Source: Pseudomonadota bacterium (lineage in GTDB: Bacteria > Pseudomonadota > Alphaproteobacteria > RF32 > CAG-239). Taken from it: a stretch of 64,000 nt of DNA. Below, in pieces: positions 18,728 through 28,934 of this stretch. Under the pieces are notes generated by a model, which was not told the DNA's origin, ran no database searches, and was given only the letters and a program-made list of their open reading frames with translations. Location: positions 1-64,000 of the forward strand of contig CAKJXZ020000001.1 of the NCBI GenBank assembly GCA_918234285.1, read 5' to 3'. The position numbers and the translations under genes are program-made. Within the stretch, counting starts at the first letter, position 1. Each line of letters starts with the position of its first letter.

Positions 18728-19687
18728 TCACATTCCGATTCGTTGATTTAACTTCAGTAAGTTGACAATTGAAAACACAGTATAAAATTGCTCAAAAACC
18801 AAATCGATTTTCTTTTTATCGGTATTAGTGCGGAAAAAAGAATTGGCTTCAAACATGTTCTGTTTTGTCGGGATGGAGAGCAACAGTGTATTGTTATCAA
18901 AGCAAAACTGAATGGACTTTCCGCCGTACAAATCACGTAAACGCAACATTCTCTCCATAAATCCGGTGGTCAGCAGATAGCGCGCTTCCACTTGGTCGTC
19001 GGAATATACTTCAAAAAACTTTTCAAACTTACTGTCTTCGAGCTTAACATTCTGCAAACCCGGAATTTTGTTCATTGCATTCCCGATAGCTCCGCGGTCT
19101 TTGAGAACAACCGTGCGCCCCTTGAAACGCTTGTTCATTTCAAATAAAATACAAACTCCGCCAAACACATTTTGTTTGACTTCAAAATTTCTGAAATCGC
19201 GTTTCACATTCAACAACTTTTCTTCGGCAATACTGATGCGTACGTTATCATATATGCCCGAAAAATAGTCGTCTCCTACATTCTGATTGTATTTGCCGAA
19301 CAAATTGGATTGCTGCAAAATAGCGTCGTTGATTTTGCCCTCATAGGCATAAGTGAAAGTTCCGAAAAAGTTAGCAAAATCCGGCATAATCTGTGGCTTA
19401 ACCTTTTTACGACAATAGTAGAGCGGACCGCAGGCCAGCATGATAACACCGCCGGAGAGAGCCAATATAATTCCGGTAGAGGCACCGTGCAAAGCCCCCG
19501 TGAATATATAATACAAAATCAGCGGATAAAAAACCAAAGCCATCAGCAACAGCAATATAAAGACGGACACATATTTACGGCGGGTCCGATCGCTTTTTTC
19601 CAAAATCGGACGCAATTTGTTTTCATAATATATGTCAAACTTTTGTTTTAATTCGGCATATTCCGGTGTTTGTTTAATGTCTGTCAT
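18728..19687 (-). CDS. DUF3137-like membrane protein
   Basis: Two TM helices; VKLEDSKFEKFFEVYSDDQVEARYLLT motif; in an operon with lemA. Confidence 0.78.
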   Translation of the reverse strand: MTDIKQTPEYAELKQKFDIYYENKLRPILEKSDRTRRKYVSVFILLLLMALVFYPLILYYIFTGALHGASTGIILALSGGVIMLACGPLYYCRKKVKPQIMPDFANFFGTFTYAYEGKINDAILQQSNLFGKYNQNVGDDYFSGIYDNVRISIAEEKLLNVKRDFRNFEVKQNVFGGVCILFEMNKRFKGRTVVLKDRGAIGNAMNKIPGLQNVKLEDSKFEKFFEVYSDDQVEARYLLTTGFMERMLRLRDLYGGKSIQFCFDNNTLLLSIPTKQNMFEANSFFRTNTDKKKIDLVFEQFYTVFSIVNLLKLNQRIGM

Positions 19688-20627
19688 ACTGCTCCTGTAA
19701 CGTTTGTATGGTTTCGATAAATGTCAGCGTTTGTTCGATACTGTCATTGAGCTGAACAAATTTTTCTTTGTTTATCTTCCGGCTCCACAGCCCGTTACTT
19801 TCGATGTAAAGCTGTGCTTCCTCAAAATATATCCGCAATGTATTGCCCTGTATTTCAAAGTATAAACGCTTGGCGCCGTAGGCATCCCGCAAATCCAGAA
19901 TACGTTCGAAAAACATTGTCGGCAACATATTCAGCGCAAAATCGGCACGGTCAGAAAAAATATGAAAACACTCGGCCAACGGTGCCGCAATAACATCTTT
20001 GACATTCAACAAATCAAGGAATTTATTTTTACGATAAAATCCTTTTTTATCAAACATATAAATCTTCCCACTGAAGTTCTTCTTTAACTTTACCGAAAGC
20101 AAAATACCAAAAGATACGCTGCGTTTATAATGAATTTTTTTGATGGCGGCCGCAACCTTATAGTCTATATCGCACATATTGAGTTCCCATTCCGGATACT
20201 CGGCGCTGACATTATGACTTGCGCTTGCAAACTCATGCGGAGGAATTATCGGCGAATCTATCACCGGCGCCTCTACATTTTTCAGGTGTTTCCAATTACC
20301 GTAAAAACTCAGAAACGTATCAAAAATATCCAGCTTCGGCATCCGATAATATTTATAAATCGGCCAAAACACAATGGCCACTGCCACTGCGTTTACCAAA
20401 AAAATCTGCTCATAATTAATCGGATGATTGTTGAATATATAACCGAAAAAGCAAAACAGCAGGTTTACGCACATCAAAAACAGAACCGTCCAAAAATACC
20501 CCCAAAACTTGGAACGATATTTTTCTTTGAGGCGGTTTACGTCATCAACGGTCGGTACAATGTCCGACAGATAATACTGCTCAAACTCCGACAGTTCTTC
20601 TTCGTTTGTTTCTATAAACTCAACCAT
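19674..20627 (-). CDS. divergent DUF3137-like membrane protein
   Basis: Same two-TM architecture and a similar C-terminal segment (FHIFSD...FFERILDLRD); paralog-like tandem. Confidence 0.6.
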   Translation of the reverse strand: MVEFIETNEEELSEFEQYYLSDIVPTVDDVNRLKEKYRSKFWGYFWTVLFLMCVNLLFCFFGYIFNNHPINYEQIFLVNAVAVAIVFWPIYKYYRMPKLDIFDTFLSFYGNWKHLKNVEAPVIDSPIIPPHEFASASHNVSAEYPEWELNMCDIDYKVAAAIKKIHYKRSVSFGILLSVKLKKNFSGKIYMFDKKGFYRKNKFLDLLNVKDVIAAPLAECFHIFSDRADFALNMLPTMFFERILDLRDAYGAKRLYFEIQGNTLRIYFEEAQLYIESNGLWSRKINKEKFVQLNDSIEQTLTFIETIQTLQEQYDRH

Positions 20628-20642
20628 AAAATACTCCGACGA

Positions 20643-21206
20643 TTATTTGAAGTAATCTTTACTGTTAATCGGCTGTTTTTCGGTTTCGGTAGCTTGGAAG
20701 AACGGCATATTTTCATAGGTAATCGCCAACATATGCGCCACCATGCTGCTCGGAAAGATATCCACAAGGTTTTTGAGCTCGTTAACATTGGAGTTGTAGA
20801 AACGGCGAGCGGCGGCAATATGTTCCTCTACTTCGTTCATGCTTTGCATAGCCGTTATCATGGTTTGATTGGATTTCAAATCCGGGTAATTTTCCAAAGA
20901 AATTTTGAAGTCATGCAATTTCTGGTTCAGCATATTTTCCAAATCGATTTTCTCTTTCGGCGAAGTAACGAAAGAGCTTTGCATCGCTTTGGTACGAATA
21001 TCGGCAAGCTCGGTCATCAAGGTTTTTTCATGTTCCATAAATTTGGCTGCCATATTCAGCATATTCGGAATCAAATCGTATCTTTTTTTGAGCTGTACAT
21101 CAACGTCAGCCATTGATTCCTGCACTTTGTTGCGTGTTTTAATCAGGCGCGCATAAAGCACATAGAAGAATGCGAGAATCGCGATAACAACAATTATAAT
21201 ACCCAT
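20643..21206 (-). CDS. lemA: LemA family protein
   Basis: N-terminal TM, DVQLKKRYDLIPN, ENYPDLKS, ARRFYNSNV. Confidence 0.92.
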   Translation of the reverse strand: MGIIIVVIAILAFFYVLYARLIKTRNKVQESMADVDVQLKKRYDLIPNMLNMAAKFMEHEKTLMTELADIRTKAMQSSFVTSPKEKIDLENMLNQKLHDFKISLENYPDLKSNQTMITAMQSMNEVEEHIAAARRFYNSNVNELKNLVDIFPSSMVAHMLAITYENMPFFQATETEKQPINSKDYFK

Positions 21207-21333
21207 AGTTTTACTCCTTACAAAATTATTTTAATGAGCAGAGTATATCCGAATATTATTAAAAAAACAATAAATTTTTTCGTTGCATTTTATACAAAAA
21301 GATGTTATTATTTGACAAATAGGAGAAGAAAAT

Positions 21334-21624
21334 ATGACTATACGTCGCGCTAAATTTTTGCTGAATGATATAAACACCCGGATTGATGCCATGAATCCGG
21401 CCGATTCCGAACGTTCCGAAGAAAGAACGGTTGAGCAGGAGAACGAACTTACTCTTGAAGCTAAGCGAGAACAGGATCAGAAGGTAATGGCCAATTATCT
21501 CTATAAGCAAAATCAGCATCAAAATGAGCGCACCGATGAGGACAAAAAACGTGCCCGCGATGCCGAGCGCGTGTTGGGCCGCGAGATGTACGGCAGAGCC
21601 CGTCAGAGAGTATATGGCTCATAA
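21334..21624 (+). CDS. hypothetical charged coiled-coil protein
   Basis: 96 aa, AGGAG RBS, promoter-like region upstream, terminator downstream. Confidence 0.65.
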   Translation: MTIRRAKFLLNDINTRIDAMNPADSERSEERTVEQENELTLEAKREQDQKVMANYLYKQNQHQNERTDEDKKRARDAERVLGREMYGRARQRVYGS

Positions 21625-21645
21625 GTTTTTCTGAGAAAATGATAC

Positions 21646-21677
21646 AAAAAAGGCAGGATTTTACTCCTGCCCTTTTT
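21646..21677. terminator. bidirectional intrinsic terminator
   Basis: AAAAAAGGCAGGA...TCCTGCCCTTTTT between convergent genes. Confidence 0.7.
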
Positions 21678-21693
21678 ATTTGCTGTTTTTTGT

Positions 21694-24294
21694 TTAAAGT
21701 TCAAACTCGGTAACGCCGTCATAAGCATAGCGATACATTTGTTCAATTTCCTTAAACAGCGGATAGCGCGGATTGGCGGAAGTGCATTGGTCATCAAAGG
21801 CCAGTTCCGGCAAGTCTTTCATTGCTTTTTCCCAATCCTTCTCGGCAATACCCCATTCTTTGATGGACGGCGCAATATTGAGTTTGCGCTTCATTTCTTG
21901 CAAAGCCTTAATCAGATTCTCCACCGCCTCGTCATCGGTTTTACCCTTCAGGCCGATACCGCGAGCAAATGCCGCATAGGCCGCCTTGGTGTTCGGGAAA
22001 CGATATTGCGGGAAGGTTGCCTGCTTAATCGGGCAATCGGTCGCATTGTAGCGAATAACCTGACAAATCAGCAAAGCATTGGCAATACCGTGCGGAACAT
22101 GGAAACGTGCGCCCAATTTATGAGCCATGGAGTGACATACACCCAAAAAGGCATTGGCAAAGGCCATACCGGCAATGGTAGCGGCGTGGTGAACTTTTTC
22201 ACGTGCTTCGTGGTCGCCGGTTTCATACGACTTAACCAGATTTTCGTAAATCAATTTGCCGGCTTCGATTGACAAACCGCGCGTATAGTCGGTTGCCATG
22301 CACGAAACATACGATTCAAGCGCGTGCGTCATTACGTCAATACCGGAAGCGGCACACAAACCGCGCGGCATGGTCAACACCAAATCGGTATCAACAATTG
22401 CCATACTCGGAGTAAGCGCGTAGTCGGCAATCGCATATTTAACGCCGGTGGCATCGTCGGTAATAATTGAGAACGGAGTTACTTCCGAACCGGTACCGGA
22501 GGTGGTAGGAATCGCCACCATCTGCGCCTTAACGCCCATTTCCGGAAATTCAAAAATACGTTTGCGGATATCCATAAAGCGGCGAGCCAAGTCTTCAAAC
22601 TTGAGTTCCGGATGCTCGTACATAATCCACAAAATCTTGCAAGCGTCAATCGGCGAACCACCGCCCAGAGCAATCAGCACATCCGGCTCAAAACTCTCAA
22701 CCATATCGCGTGCTTTGTTAATGGTGGTCAAATCAGGATCCGGCTTAACGTCGCTGAAAATTTTATATTGAATACCCAGTTCATCCAAAACATCGGTAAC
22801 TTTTTTGGTATATCCCAAATCAAACAACGGTTTGTCGGTCACGATAAAGGCTTTTTTTCGTCCTTTGAGTTCTTTTAAGGCAAAGCCCAAACAACCCGGT
22901 TTGAAATAAATTTTCGGCGGAACCTTGAACCACAACATATTTTCTTCACGTTTTGCTACAGATTTAATATTCATCAGATGTTTCACTCCCACATTTTCAC
23001 TAACCGAGTTTCTACCCCAAGAACCGCAACCTAAGGTCAAAGACGGCTCCAACTTAAAGTTATAAATATCGCCGATACCGCCTTGTGCCGACGGACAGTT
23101 AATCAACACACGTCCCGTCGGCATGGTATCGCCGTAAAGTTTGATGCGCTCATCATTGCGCGGATTGGTGTACAATACCGAAGTATGACCGCAACCGGCA
23201 AATTCAACCAACGCTTTGGCTTTAGCCATGGCATCGTCAAAATCTTTGGCGCGATACATAGCCAAACACGGCGATAATTTTTCGTAAGCAAACGGTTCAT
23301 CGGCACCGATTTTGGTAACTTCGCCGATTAAAACTTTAGCATTTGCCGGCACTTTAATCCCCGACATATCGGCAATTTTTGCCGCCGACTGACCGGCAAC
23401 GGCAGAGTTAAGCTTACCGTTCTGAATCAGCGTGGCACCGACTTTGGCACGCTCTTTGGCATTCAAAATATACGCACCGCGCTTAATAAATTCGGCCTTA
23501 ACCGCGTCGTAAAGCGAATCGACAATAATAACCGATTGCTCGGAGGCGCAAATCGTGCCGTTATCAAAGGTTTTGGACATCAAAATCGAGCTGACGGCCA
23601 TTTCAATATCCGCCGTTTCATCAATCACCGCCGGAGTGTTACCCGGACCCACGCCGATAGACGGTGTACCCGAAGAATATGCCGATTTAACCATACCCGG
23701 ACCGCCGGTAGCCAAAATCAGGTCGGATTTTTGCATCAGGTATTGGGTGCGGAACAAACTCGGCTCGTCTATCCAGGCGATAATGTCTTTCGGTGCACCG
23801 GCCTTAACCGCTTCTTCCAAAATTATGCGGGCCATTTCAATGGTGCACTTTTTGGCGCCAGGGTGCGGAGAAAAGATAATACCGTTGCGAGTTTTGAGAG
23901 TTATCAATGATTTAAAAATAACGGTAGAAGTCGGATTTGTACTCGGAATAACACCGGCGATAACACCAACCGGCTCGGCAAATTTAATCATTCCGTTTTC
24001 TTTGTCGTCTTCAATCACACCGCAAGTTTTGGTATTTTTGAACTTGTTATATATATATTCGGCCGCAAAGTGATTTTTAATAACTTTATCCTCGGCAATT
24101 CCCATACCGGTTTCGGCAACAGCCATTTTTGCCATCGGAATACGCATCGAACTTGCCTTTAAGGCCACACGACGGAAGATTTCATCAACCTGTTCCTGAG
24201 TATAGTCGGCAAACTTCTTTTGCGCCTCACTAACGCGTTTAATCAGTGCGTCGATATATTCTTTTTCTTTTTTTTCATCAATAGTATTATCCAT
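21694..24294 (-). CDS. adhE: bifunctional acetaldehyde-CoA/alcohol dehydrogenase
   Basis: ALDH domain (FDNGTICASEQ), linker LGCGSWG, Fe-ADH domain (GGGSPIDA, PTTSGTGSE, CHSMAHK); 866 aa. Confidence 0.96.
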   Translation of the reverse strand: MDNTIDEKKEKEYIDALIKRVSEAQKKFADYTQEQVDEIFRRVALKASSMRIPMAKMAVAETGMGIAEDKVIKNHFAAEYIYNKFKNTKTCGVIEDDKENGMIKFAEPVGVIAGVIPSTNPTSTVIFKSLITLKTRNGIIFSPHPGAKKCTIEMARIILEEAVKAGAPKDIIAWIDEPSLFRTQYLMQKSDLILATGGPGMVKSAYSSGTPSIGVGPGNTPAVIDETADIEMAVSSILMSKTFDNGTICASEQSVIIVDSLYDAVKAEFIKRGAYILNAKERAKVGATLIQNGKLNSAVAGQSAAKIADMSGIKVPANAKVLIGEVTKIGADEPFAYEKLSPCLAMYRAKDFDDAMAKAKALVEFAGCGHTSVLYTNPRNDERIKLYGDTMPTGRVLINCPSAQGGIGDIYNFKLEPSLTLGCGSWGRNSVSENVGVKHLMNIKSVAKREENMLWFKVPPKIYFKPGCLGFALKELKGRKKAFIVTDKPLFDLGYTKKVTDVLDELGIQYKIFSDVKPDPDLTTINKARDMVESFEPDVLIALGGGSPIDACKILWIMYEHPELKFEDLARRFMDIRKRIFEFPEMGVKAQMVAIPTTSGTGSEVTPFSIITDDATGVKYAIADYALTPSMAIVDTDLVLTMPRGLCAASGIDVMTHALESYVSCMATDYTRGLSIEAGKLIYENLVKSYETGDHEAREKVHHAATIAGMAFANAFLGVCHSMAHKLGARFHVPHGIANALLICQVIRYNATDCPIKQATFPQYRFPNTKAAYAAFARGIGLKGKTDDEAVENLIKALQEMKRKLNIAPSIKEWGIAEKDWEKAMKDLPELAFDDQCTSANPRYPLFKEIEQMYRYAYDGVTEFEL

Positions 24295-24467
24295 AATATC
24301 CTCCTGTTATACTGCCGTCATAATAATCGTATCTCATAAAAAATAAATACTTTTTTACACGTTTTTCCTCACATTTTGTTACCAATTATAACATACCATC
24401 TTGAAAGAAACTTATCCATACATATTTAGGTAGAGGTTTTACTTTAACAATTATAAGGAGACAGCAA

Positions 24468-24833
24468 ATGAAATCCAAATTTTTATCCGTTTTGGCCGCG
24501 GCCGCCGTTATGTTCGGAGCATCCGCCGTCAATGCCGGAACAATGAGCACGAGCGAAAAGCCGGTCAGTCAGGTCAGTGCCGTGCAAAATATGCCGGAAG
24601 ATACCATGGTTTATATTCAGGGTTATTTAATCCAAAACTTGGGTAACGAAATGTATACTTTCCAAGATGACAGCGGCACCATAACCGTCGAAATCGATGA
24701 TGATTTAATGGCGCCGGTTGCCACCACCCCGAACACTCTGGTCTGGATTGCGGCAGAAGTCAATAAAGACGGTAACGTAACTTCGCTTGAAGCCGAAGAA
24801 GTTCAGTTCTTACCGACCCAGGCCTCGAACTAA
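24468..24833 (+). CDS. YgiW/YdeI-like bacterial OB-fold (BOF) periplasmic protein
   Basis: Signal peptide; YTFQDDSGTITVEIDDD motif. Confidence 0.85.
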   Translation: MKSKFLSVLAAAAVMFGASAVNAGTMSTSEKPVSQVSAVQNMPEDTMVYIQGYLIQNLGNEMYTFQDDSGTITVEIDDDLMAPVATTPNTLVWIAAEVNKDGNVTSLEAEEVQFLPTQASN

Positions 24834-24950
24834 ATCTATTCGCCGCACTTGACTTTTACGGCAAAAACGAATATCTTGAAAGCACTCACGAACGTCGTCG
24901 TTTTATATTTGCGGCGACGTTCTTCAAGATGTTTTTATAAGGAAAAAGCC

Positions 24951-25310
24951 ATGCGTAAATTGATAACTCTTATCGGAATTTTCTTAATGTATTCTTTTGC
25001 GGCCGCTGCCGATAACATTGAGTACGGATACAACTCTCGCGGCGAATATGTCCCAATCAAAGTCGACGGCAAGCAGGTCGAATACGGCTATAACTCCCGC
25101 GGTGAATATGTCCCGACCAAAGTCGGCAACGATAACATTGATTACGGCTACAACTCGCGCGGCGAATATGTCCCGACCAAAGTAGGCCACGATAACATTG
25201 ATTACGGCTACAACTCGCGCGGCGAATACGTACCGACCAAAGTCGGTGACCGAGATATCGGCTACGGCTACAACTCCCGCGGCCAATTCGTACCGGTAAA
25301 TTTAAAGTAA
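24951..25310 (+). CDS. small secreted protein of five 20-aa tandem repeats (YGYNSRGEYVP)
   Basis: ATG 24951 with AAGGA; signal peptide ending AAAA-D; 60-bp in-frame repeats. Confidence 0.8.
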   Translation: MRKLITLIGIFLMYSFAAAADNIEYGYNSRGEYVPIKVDGKQVEYGYNSRGEYVPTKVGNDNIDYGYNSRGEYVPTKVGHDNIDYGYNSRGEYVPTKVGDRDIGYGYNSRGQFVPVNLK

Positions 25311-26021
25311 TTTGCCGTATTTATAAGCGCAGGCCTTCAAAACCGAAAGATATGCCGGCGGAAAAACAAAATCCGGCGCAAAAACATTGTCTACCAAATG
25401 ATAAACATCATCATCGGTTGCCACCAACTGCGGCACAAAATGCCGACAGAAGGCATAACTTGCCGCCGCCAAATCGCTCACATCATAACCGATAATTTGC
25501 AAAAGCTCAGCCACATCGTTTTGCTCCACTTTCGCCGCATCGTTGATATCGTACCATAAGCCGATACCCTTATCGGCCAGATATTTCCACGGAAAGGCCA
25601 ATCCCGGGTCGGGTTTGCGCGTCGGTGCAATATCGGAATGTGCCACCACGTTAACGGCCGGAATCTGATAATGTCTGATAATCTGCCGGCTCAGTTTAAT
25701 CAATTTTGCTATTTGCACCGGCGAATACGTATCCTGCCCCAAGGTGGGCGAACTCAGTTCTATCCCGACCGAATACTGATTAAGCATCTTCATGCCGCGC
25801 CACTCACTCTGTCCGGCATGCCACGCGCGTTTTTTTTCGGAAACAAGCTGTAACACTTTGCCGTCCGTATCTATGATATAATGCGAACTCAATTCACGCT
25901 CGCGCAAAACCTCAACCATTTTGGCGGCAGAATGTGAGCTGCAATGCAACACCAATGCCTTAACTTTGGCTCCGTTGGGACGTTCGTCGAAATAAGGTAA
26001 AAATTCGCGGATGATTTTCAT
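25302..26021 (-). CDS. N-acetylmuramoyl-L-alanine amidase (Amidase_2, AmiD/AmpD-like)
   Basis: LVLH, SSHY, RAWHAG, SVGIEL and HSDIAPTRKPDPG motifs. Confidence 0.9.
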   Translation of the reverse strand: MKIIREFLPYFDERPNGAKVKALVLHCSSHSAAKMVEVLRERELSSHYIIDTDGKVLQLVSEKKRAWHAGQSEWRGMKMLNQYSVGIELSSPTLGQDTYSPVQIAKLIKLSRQIIRHYQIPAVNVVAHSDIAPTRKPDPGLAFPWKYLADKGIGLWYDINDAAKVEQNDVAELLQIIGYDVSDLAAASYAFCRHFVPQLVATDDDVYHLVDNVFAPDFVFPPAYLSVLKACAYKYGKLL

Positions 26022-26029
26022 ATTTTCTC

Positions 26030-26791
26030 CTATAGGCAAATGCAGGAATATTGCGTCGGATAATCTTTCGGCGCGTCAATTATATTCAAGTGGGTATTGC
26101 GACGATAGCTGAAATAGCCGTTTTGCGGCGGATAAGTATCTATCCGGCAATTTTCGATGTTTTGAATACCGACGTTTTTGAGTTGCTCCTCAACGTAGCC
26201 GCTTAAATCAAAATTATAATGCACCCCGTCACCGTCTGCCGTAAAGTATTGTTCGTTGGCGCTCGAAGCTCGCAACAATTCTTGCCGCATATCATCCTTA
26301 ACAACAAAAGATTGTTGCTGCATACAAGGCCCGATAGCCGCGGCAATATTTTCCGGGCGCGCCCCATGCTCAAACATAAGTTTTGCCACATTTTGCACAA
26401 TGCCTTTATAAGCCCCGCGCCAACCGGCGTGCGCCGCACCGATAACTCCGTGTTCGTAATCTGCCAATAACACCGGTGCGCAATCGGCGGTTTTAATACC
26501 GAGCAAAAGTTCGGGATTGGTGGTTACCGCACCATCAGCGTAAATCTTAAACCACGTCGGTTGCTCGGCATAAATTACATTAGCGGTCACCCCTTGTCTG
26601 AATGTTACCATATTTTCGGGGGTTTTATTAAAATGAGCGGCTATAATTTCAAAATTGCGGCGTAAATTTTCCGGATTATCGCGGCTGCTCAAATTGGTAT
26701 TGAGTGACGTATATTTGCCGGCGGAAACACCGCCCGCCGCACCGAAAAAACAATGTTTTTCTTTTTTGAGATTATGCGCTTCCCAACTCAT
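26030..26791 (-). CDS. pgeF: PgeF/YfiH-family purine nucleoside phosphorylase / peptidoglycan editing factor
   Basis: ADGAVT, TADCAPVLL, HAGWRG, AIGPC and FSYRR motifs. Confidence 0.88.
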   Translation of the reverse strand: MSWEAHNLKKEKHCFFGAAGGVSAGKYTSLNTNLSSRDNPENLRRNFEIIAAHFNKTPENMVTFRQGVTANVIYAEQPTWFKIYADGAVTTNPELLLGIKTADCAPVLLADYEHGVIGAAHAGWRGAYKGIVQNVAKLMFEHGARPENIAAAIGPCMQQQSFVVKDDMRQELLRASSANEQYFTADGDGVHYNFDLSGYVEEQLKNVGIQNIENCRIDTYPPQNGYFSYRRNTHLNIIDAPKDYPTQYSCICL

Positions 26792-26799
26792 TTTCCGCC

Positions 26800-27267
26800 T
26801 CAATAAATCGTCTTGTTCATTTTCCGATATTCATCAAACAACCGTAAACATTCCTCACGGTCAAGTTCATTGATTTCCATAATCGTTTTATCGCAACACT
26901 TATTTTCGATAAAACGATAAATAAAATCATCACGGAACCCGATGGCTTCGGCATCTTGCGGCCGACAACCGAAATACACTTTTTTGATGTTGGCCCAAAT
27001 AATCGCCGCCAAACACATCGGACACGGATAGGCCGTAGTGTACAATACACAATCGGATAAATCGTAGCTGCCGATTTTTTTGCAGGCTGCGCGAATGGCG
27101 TTGACTTCGGCATGCGCCGTCGGATCTTTATCGCGCAACACCGAATTGGAGGCCACCGCCAAAATCTCGCCTTTTTCGCTGATGATTGCCGCTCCGAACG
27201 GGCCGCCGATATCTTTATTCATGGTTTCACGGGCGCGCTCGAGTGCCTGTCGCATTATCTCATTCAT
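26800..27267 (-). CDS. nucleoside deaminase, guanine-deaminase (GuaD)-like
   Basis: GGPFGA, HAEVNAIR and PCPMC zinc motifs. Confidence 0.85.
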   Translation of the reverse strand: MNEIMRQALERARETMNKDIGGPFGAAIISEKGEILAVASNSVLRDKDPTAHAEVNAIRAACKKIGSYDLSDCVLYTTAYPCPMCLAAIIWANIKKVYFGCRPQDAEAIGFRDDFIYRFIENKCCDKTIMEINELDREECLRLFDEYRKMNKTIY

Positions 27268-27343
27268 TAAAGCATTCCTTCAAAAAAATTATCTTAGGTT
27301 TCAGCTTAACATTATCATCTTTATAAAAAGTAAAAGAAAGAAA

Positions 27344-27370
27344 AAAACCGCCGCACACAGCGACGGTTTT
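27344..27370 (-). terminator. intrinsic terminator after the antiporter gene
   Basis: AAAACCGCCG...CGACGGTTTT hairpin with a U-tract on the minus strand. Confidence 0.6.
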
Positions 27371-27389
27371 CGCGGGCAAAATGCCGAAA

Positions 27390-28880
27390 TCATACGTGCA
27401 CGATGCCGCGCATAAAGGCGTAGACGGCAAAGACGGCAATCAACACCATAAAGCCGGCGATGATTCCCTCACCCACGGTAAAGGCGCACTCATCTTCGTC
27501 ATGCTCTTTTTTGGCCCATATATAAACCGGTATGCCGACCACCATAAAAATTACGGCAAGCAACAAATATTGCAAACCGGCGGCATAAATCAGCCACAAT
27601 GCATATCCCGCGCCGATGATGGCGGAAAACAATGCTTGTGCCCGACGGATATAAAAATTATTCGGATATTCGTGGTCTTCGCAGATTTTCCACAAATAAG
27701 CACAACTGGCAAAATATGCCGGCAAGACCATTACGCCGGTAATGCTGAGCATAGTGTTCCACGCGTTGCCGGCAAAATAAACGAGCAGCATAAACAACTG
27801 CATCAGCGCACTCGTTACCCACAATGAAACCGCCGGTGCCTTGTGTTCGTTTTCTTTAGCAAAGGCTGTCGGAAAAGTACCGTTGACAGCGGCCGCCTGC
27901 GGAATCTGCGCCGTTACCATGGTCCACGCCAACCAGCTGGTCAACACCGAAATCAACAAGCCGATATTCATCAGCCAGGCGCCCCATTTGCCGACCAAAG
28001 CTTCCAAAATTCCGGCGGTCGACGGGTTAGCGATTTTTGCCAGTTCACTCTGATGCATTACCCCATACGGCAAAATCGATAACAGCACATAAATAAGCAA
28101 ACAGCCGGCAAAACCCAAAACCGTGGCGTGTCCGACCGTTTGCGGCGACTTGGCGTGTTTTGACATCACCACCGCGCCCTCGATGCCGATAAATGCCCAC
28201 AAAGTCACGAGCATGGTGCTCTTAATCTGCGTGGAGAGGCTGCCCAAGCCGGCTGAGCTTACCGTTTCGTTGCCCCAAAAATCAAACTCAAACATATTAA
28301 AGCGAAACATAAACATCACGATGATGATAAACAACATCAGCGGTACAATCTTTGCCACCGTGCCGATGAGATTGATGATTGTTGCCTGCTTAATACCGCG
28401 CAAAACCAGCCAGTTAAAGCCCCAAATCAGCAGTGAACCGCCGATAATCGACGGCAAGTTATTACCTCCGGCAAAGTGCGGCGGGAAAAAGTAGTTGAGC
28501 GCATCCATCGTAATCACGGCATAACCTACATTGCCGCAAATCTGGCACAGCCAATACGACCAACCGATGACAAAGCCGATAAACGGTCCGAATCCGGCAC
28601 GACTGTACATATAAATACCGGCGGTCAAATCCGGCTTGGCGGCCGAAAGTATGCGGAACGTATTGGCAATAAAATAAACGCCGATACCGGTAATCAGCCA
28701 CGCCAGCAACACCGCTCCCACAGAAGCTCCCGCCGCCATATTCTGCGGCAAACTGTAAATACCGCCGCCTATCATCGAGCTGACAACAATCGCCGCTAGT
28801 GCCCACACACCCAAGCCCTGCGCATTATAGTTGTTCTGCGAATTTGCCGGTGCGGTAATTCTATTTTCTTTTTTCAGCAT
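27390..28880 (-). CDS. aaxC: APC-family arginine/agmatine antiporter (AaxC/ArcD-like)
   Basis: SMIGGGIYSLPQNMA, WAFIGIEGA; about 12 TM; directly downstream of the pyruvoyl arginine decarboxylase. Confidence 0.8.
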   Translation of the reverse strand: MLKKENRITAPANSQNNYNAQGLGVWALAAIVVSSMIGGGIYSLPQNMAAGASVGAVLLAWLITGIGVYFIANTFRILSAAKPDLTAGIYMYSRAGFGPFIGFVIGWSYWLCQICGNVGYAVITMDALNYFFPPHFAGGNNLPSIIGGSLLIWGFNWLVLRGIKQATIINLIGTVAKIVPLMLFIIIVMFMFRFNMFEFDFWGNETVSSAGLGSLSTQIKSTMLVTLWAFIGIEGAVVMSKHAKSPQTVGHATVLGFAGCLLIYVLLSILPYGVMHQSELAKIANPSTAGILEALVGKWGAWLMNIGLLISVLTSWLAWTMVTAQIPQAAAVNGTFPTAFAKENEHKAPAVSLWVTSALMQLFMLLVYFAGNAWNTMLSITGVMVLPAYFASCAYLWKICEDHEYPNNFYIRRAQALFSAIIGAGYALWLIYAAGLQYLLLAVIFMVVGIPVYIWAKKEHDEDECAFTVGEGIIAGFMVLIAVFAVYAFMRGIVHV

Positions 28881-28934
28881 TTTGATTCCTTTCATGATTT
28901 AAAGGCGGTGTTTTTGCACCGCCCCTCCTCCGTT

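Noticed and set aside
24375-24395. TGTTA-N7-TAACA dyad upstream of adhE as a Rex operator
   Set aside because: Spacing and sequence deviate from the 18-bp Rex consensus, and there is no evidence for rex in the window.
25010-25300. 60-bp periodic repeat with semi-palindromic core (TACAACTCGCGCGGCGAATA) resembling a CRISPR array
   Set aside because: The intervening parts are homologous to each other, the period is in frame, variation is mostly synonymous, it lies in an ORF with a signal peptide, and no cas genes are present.
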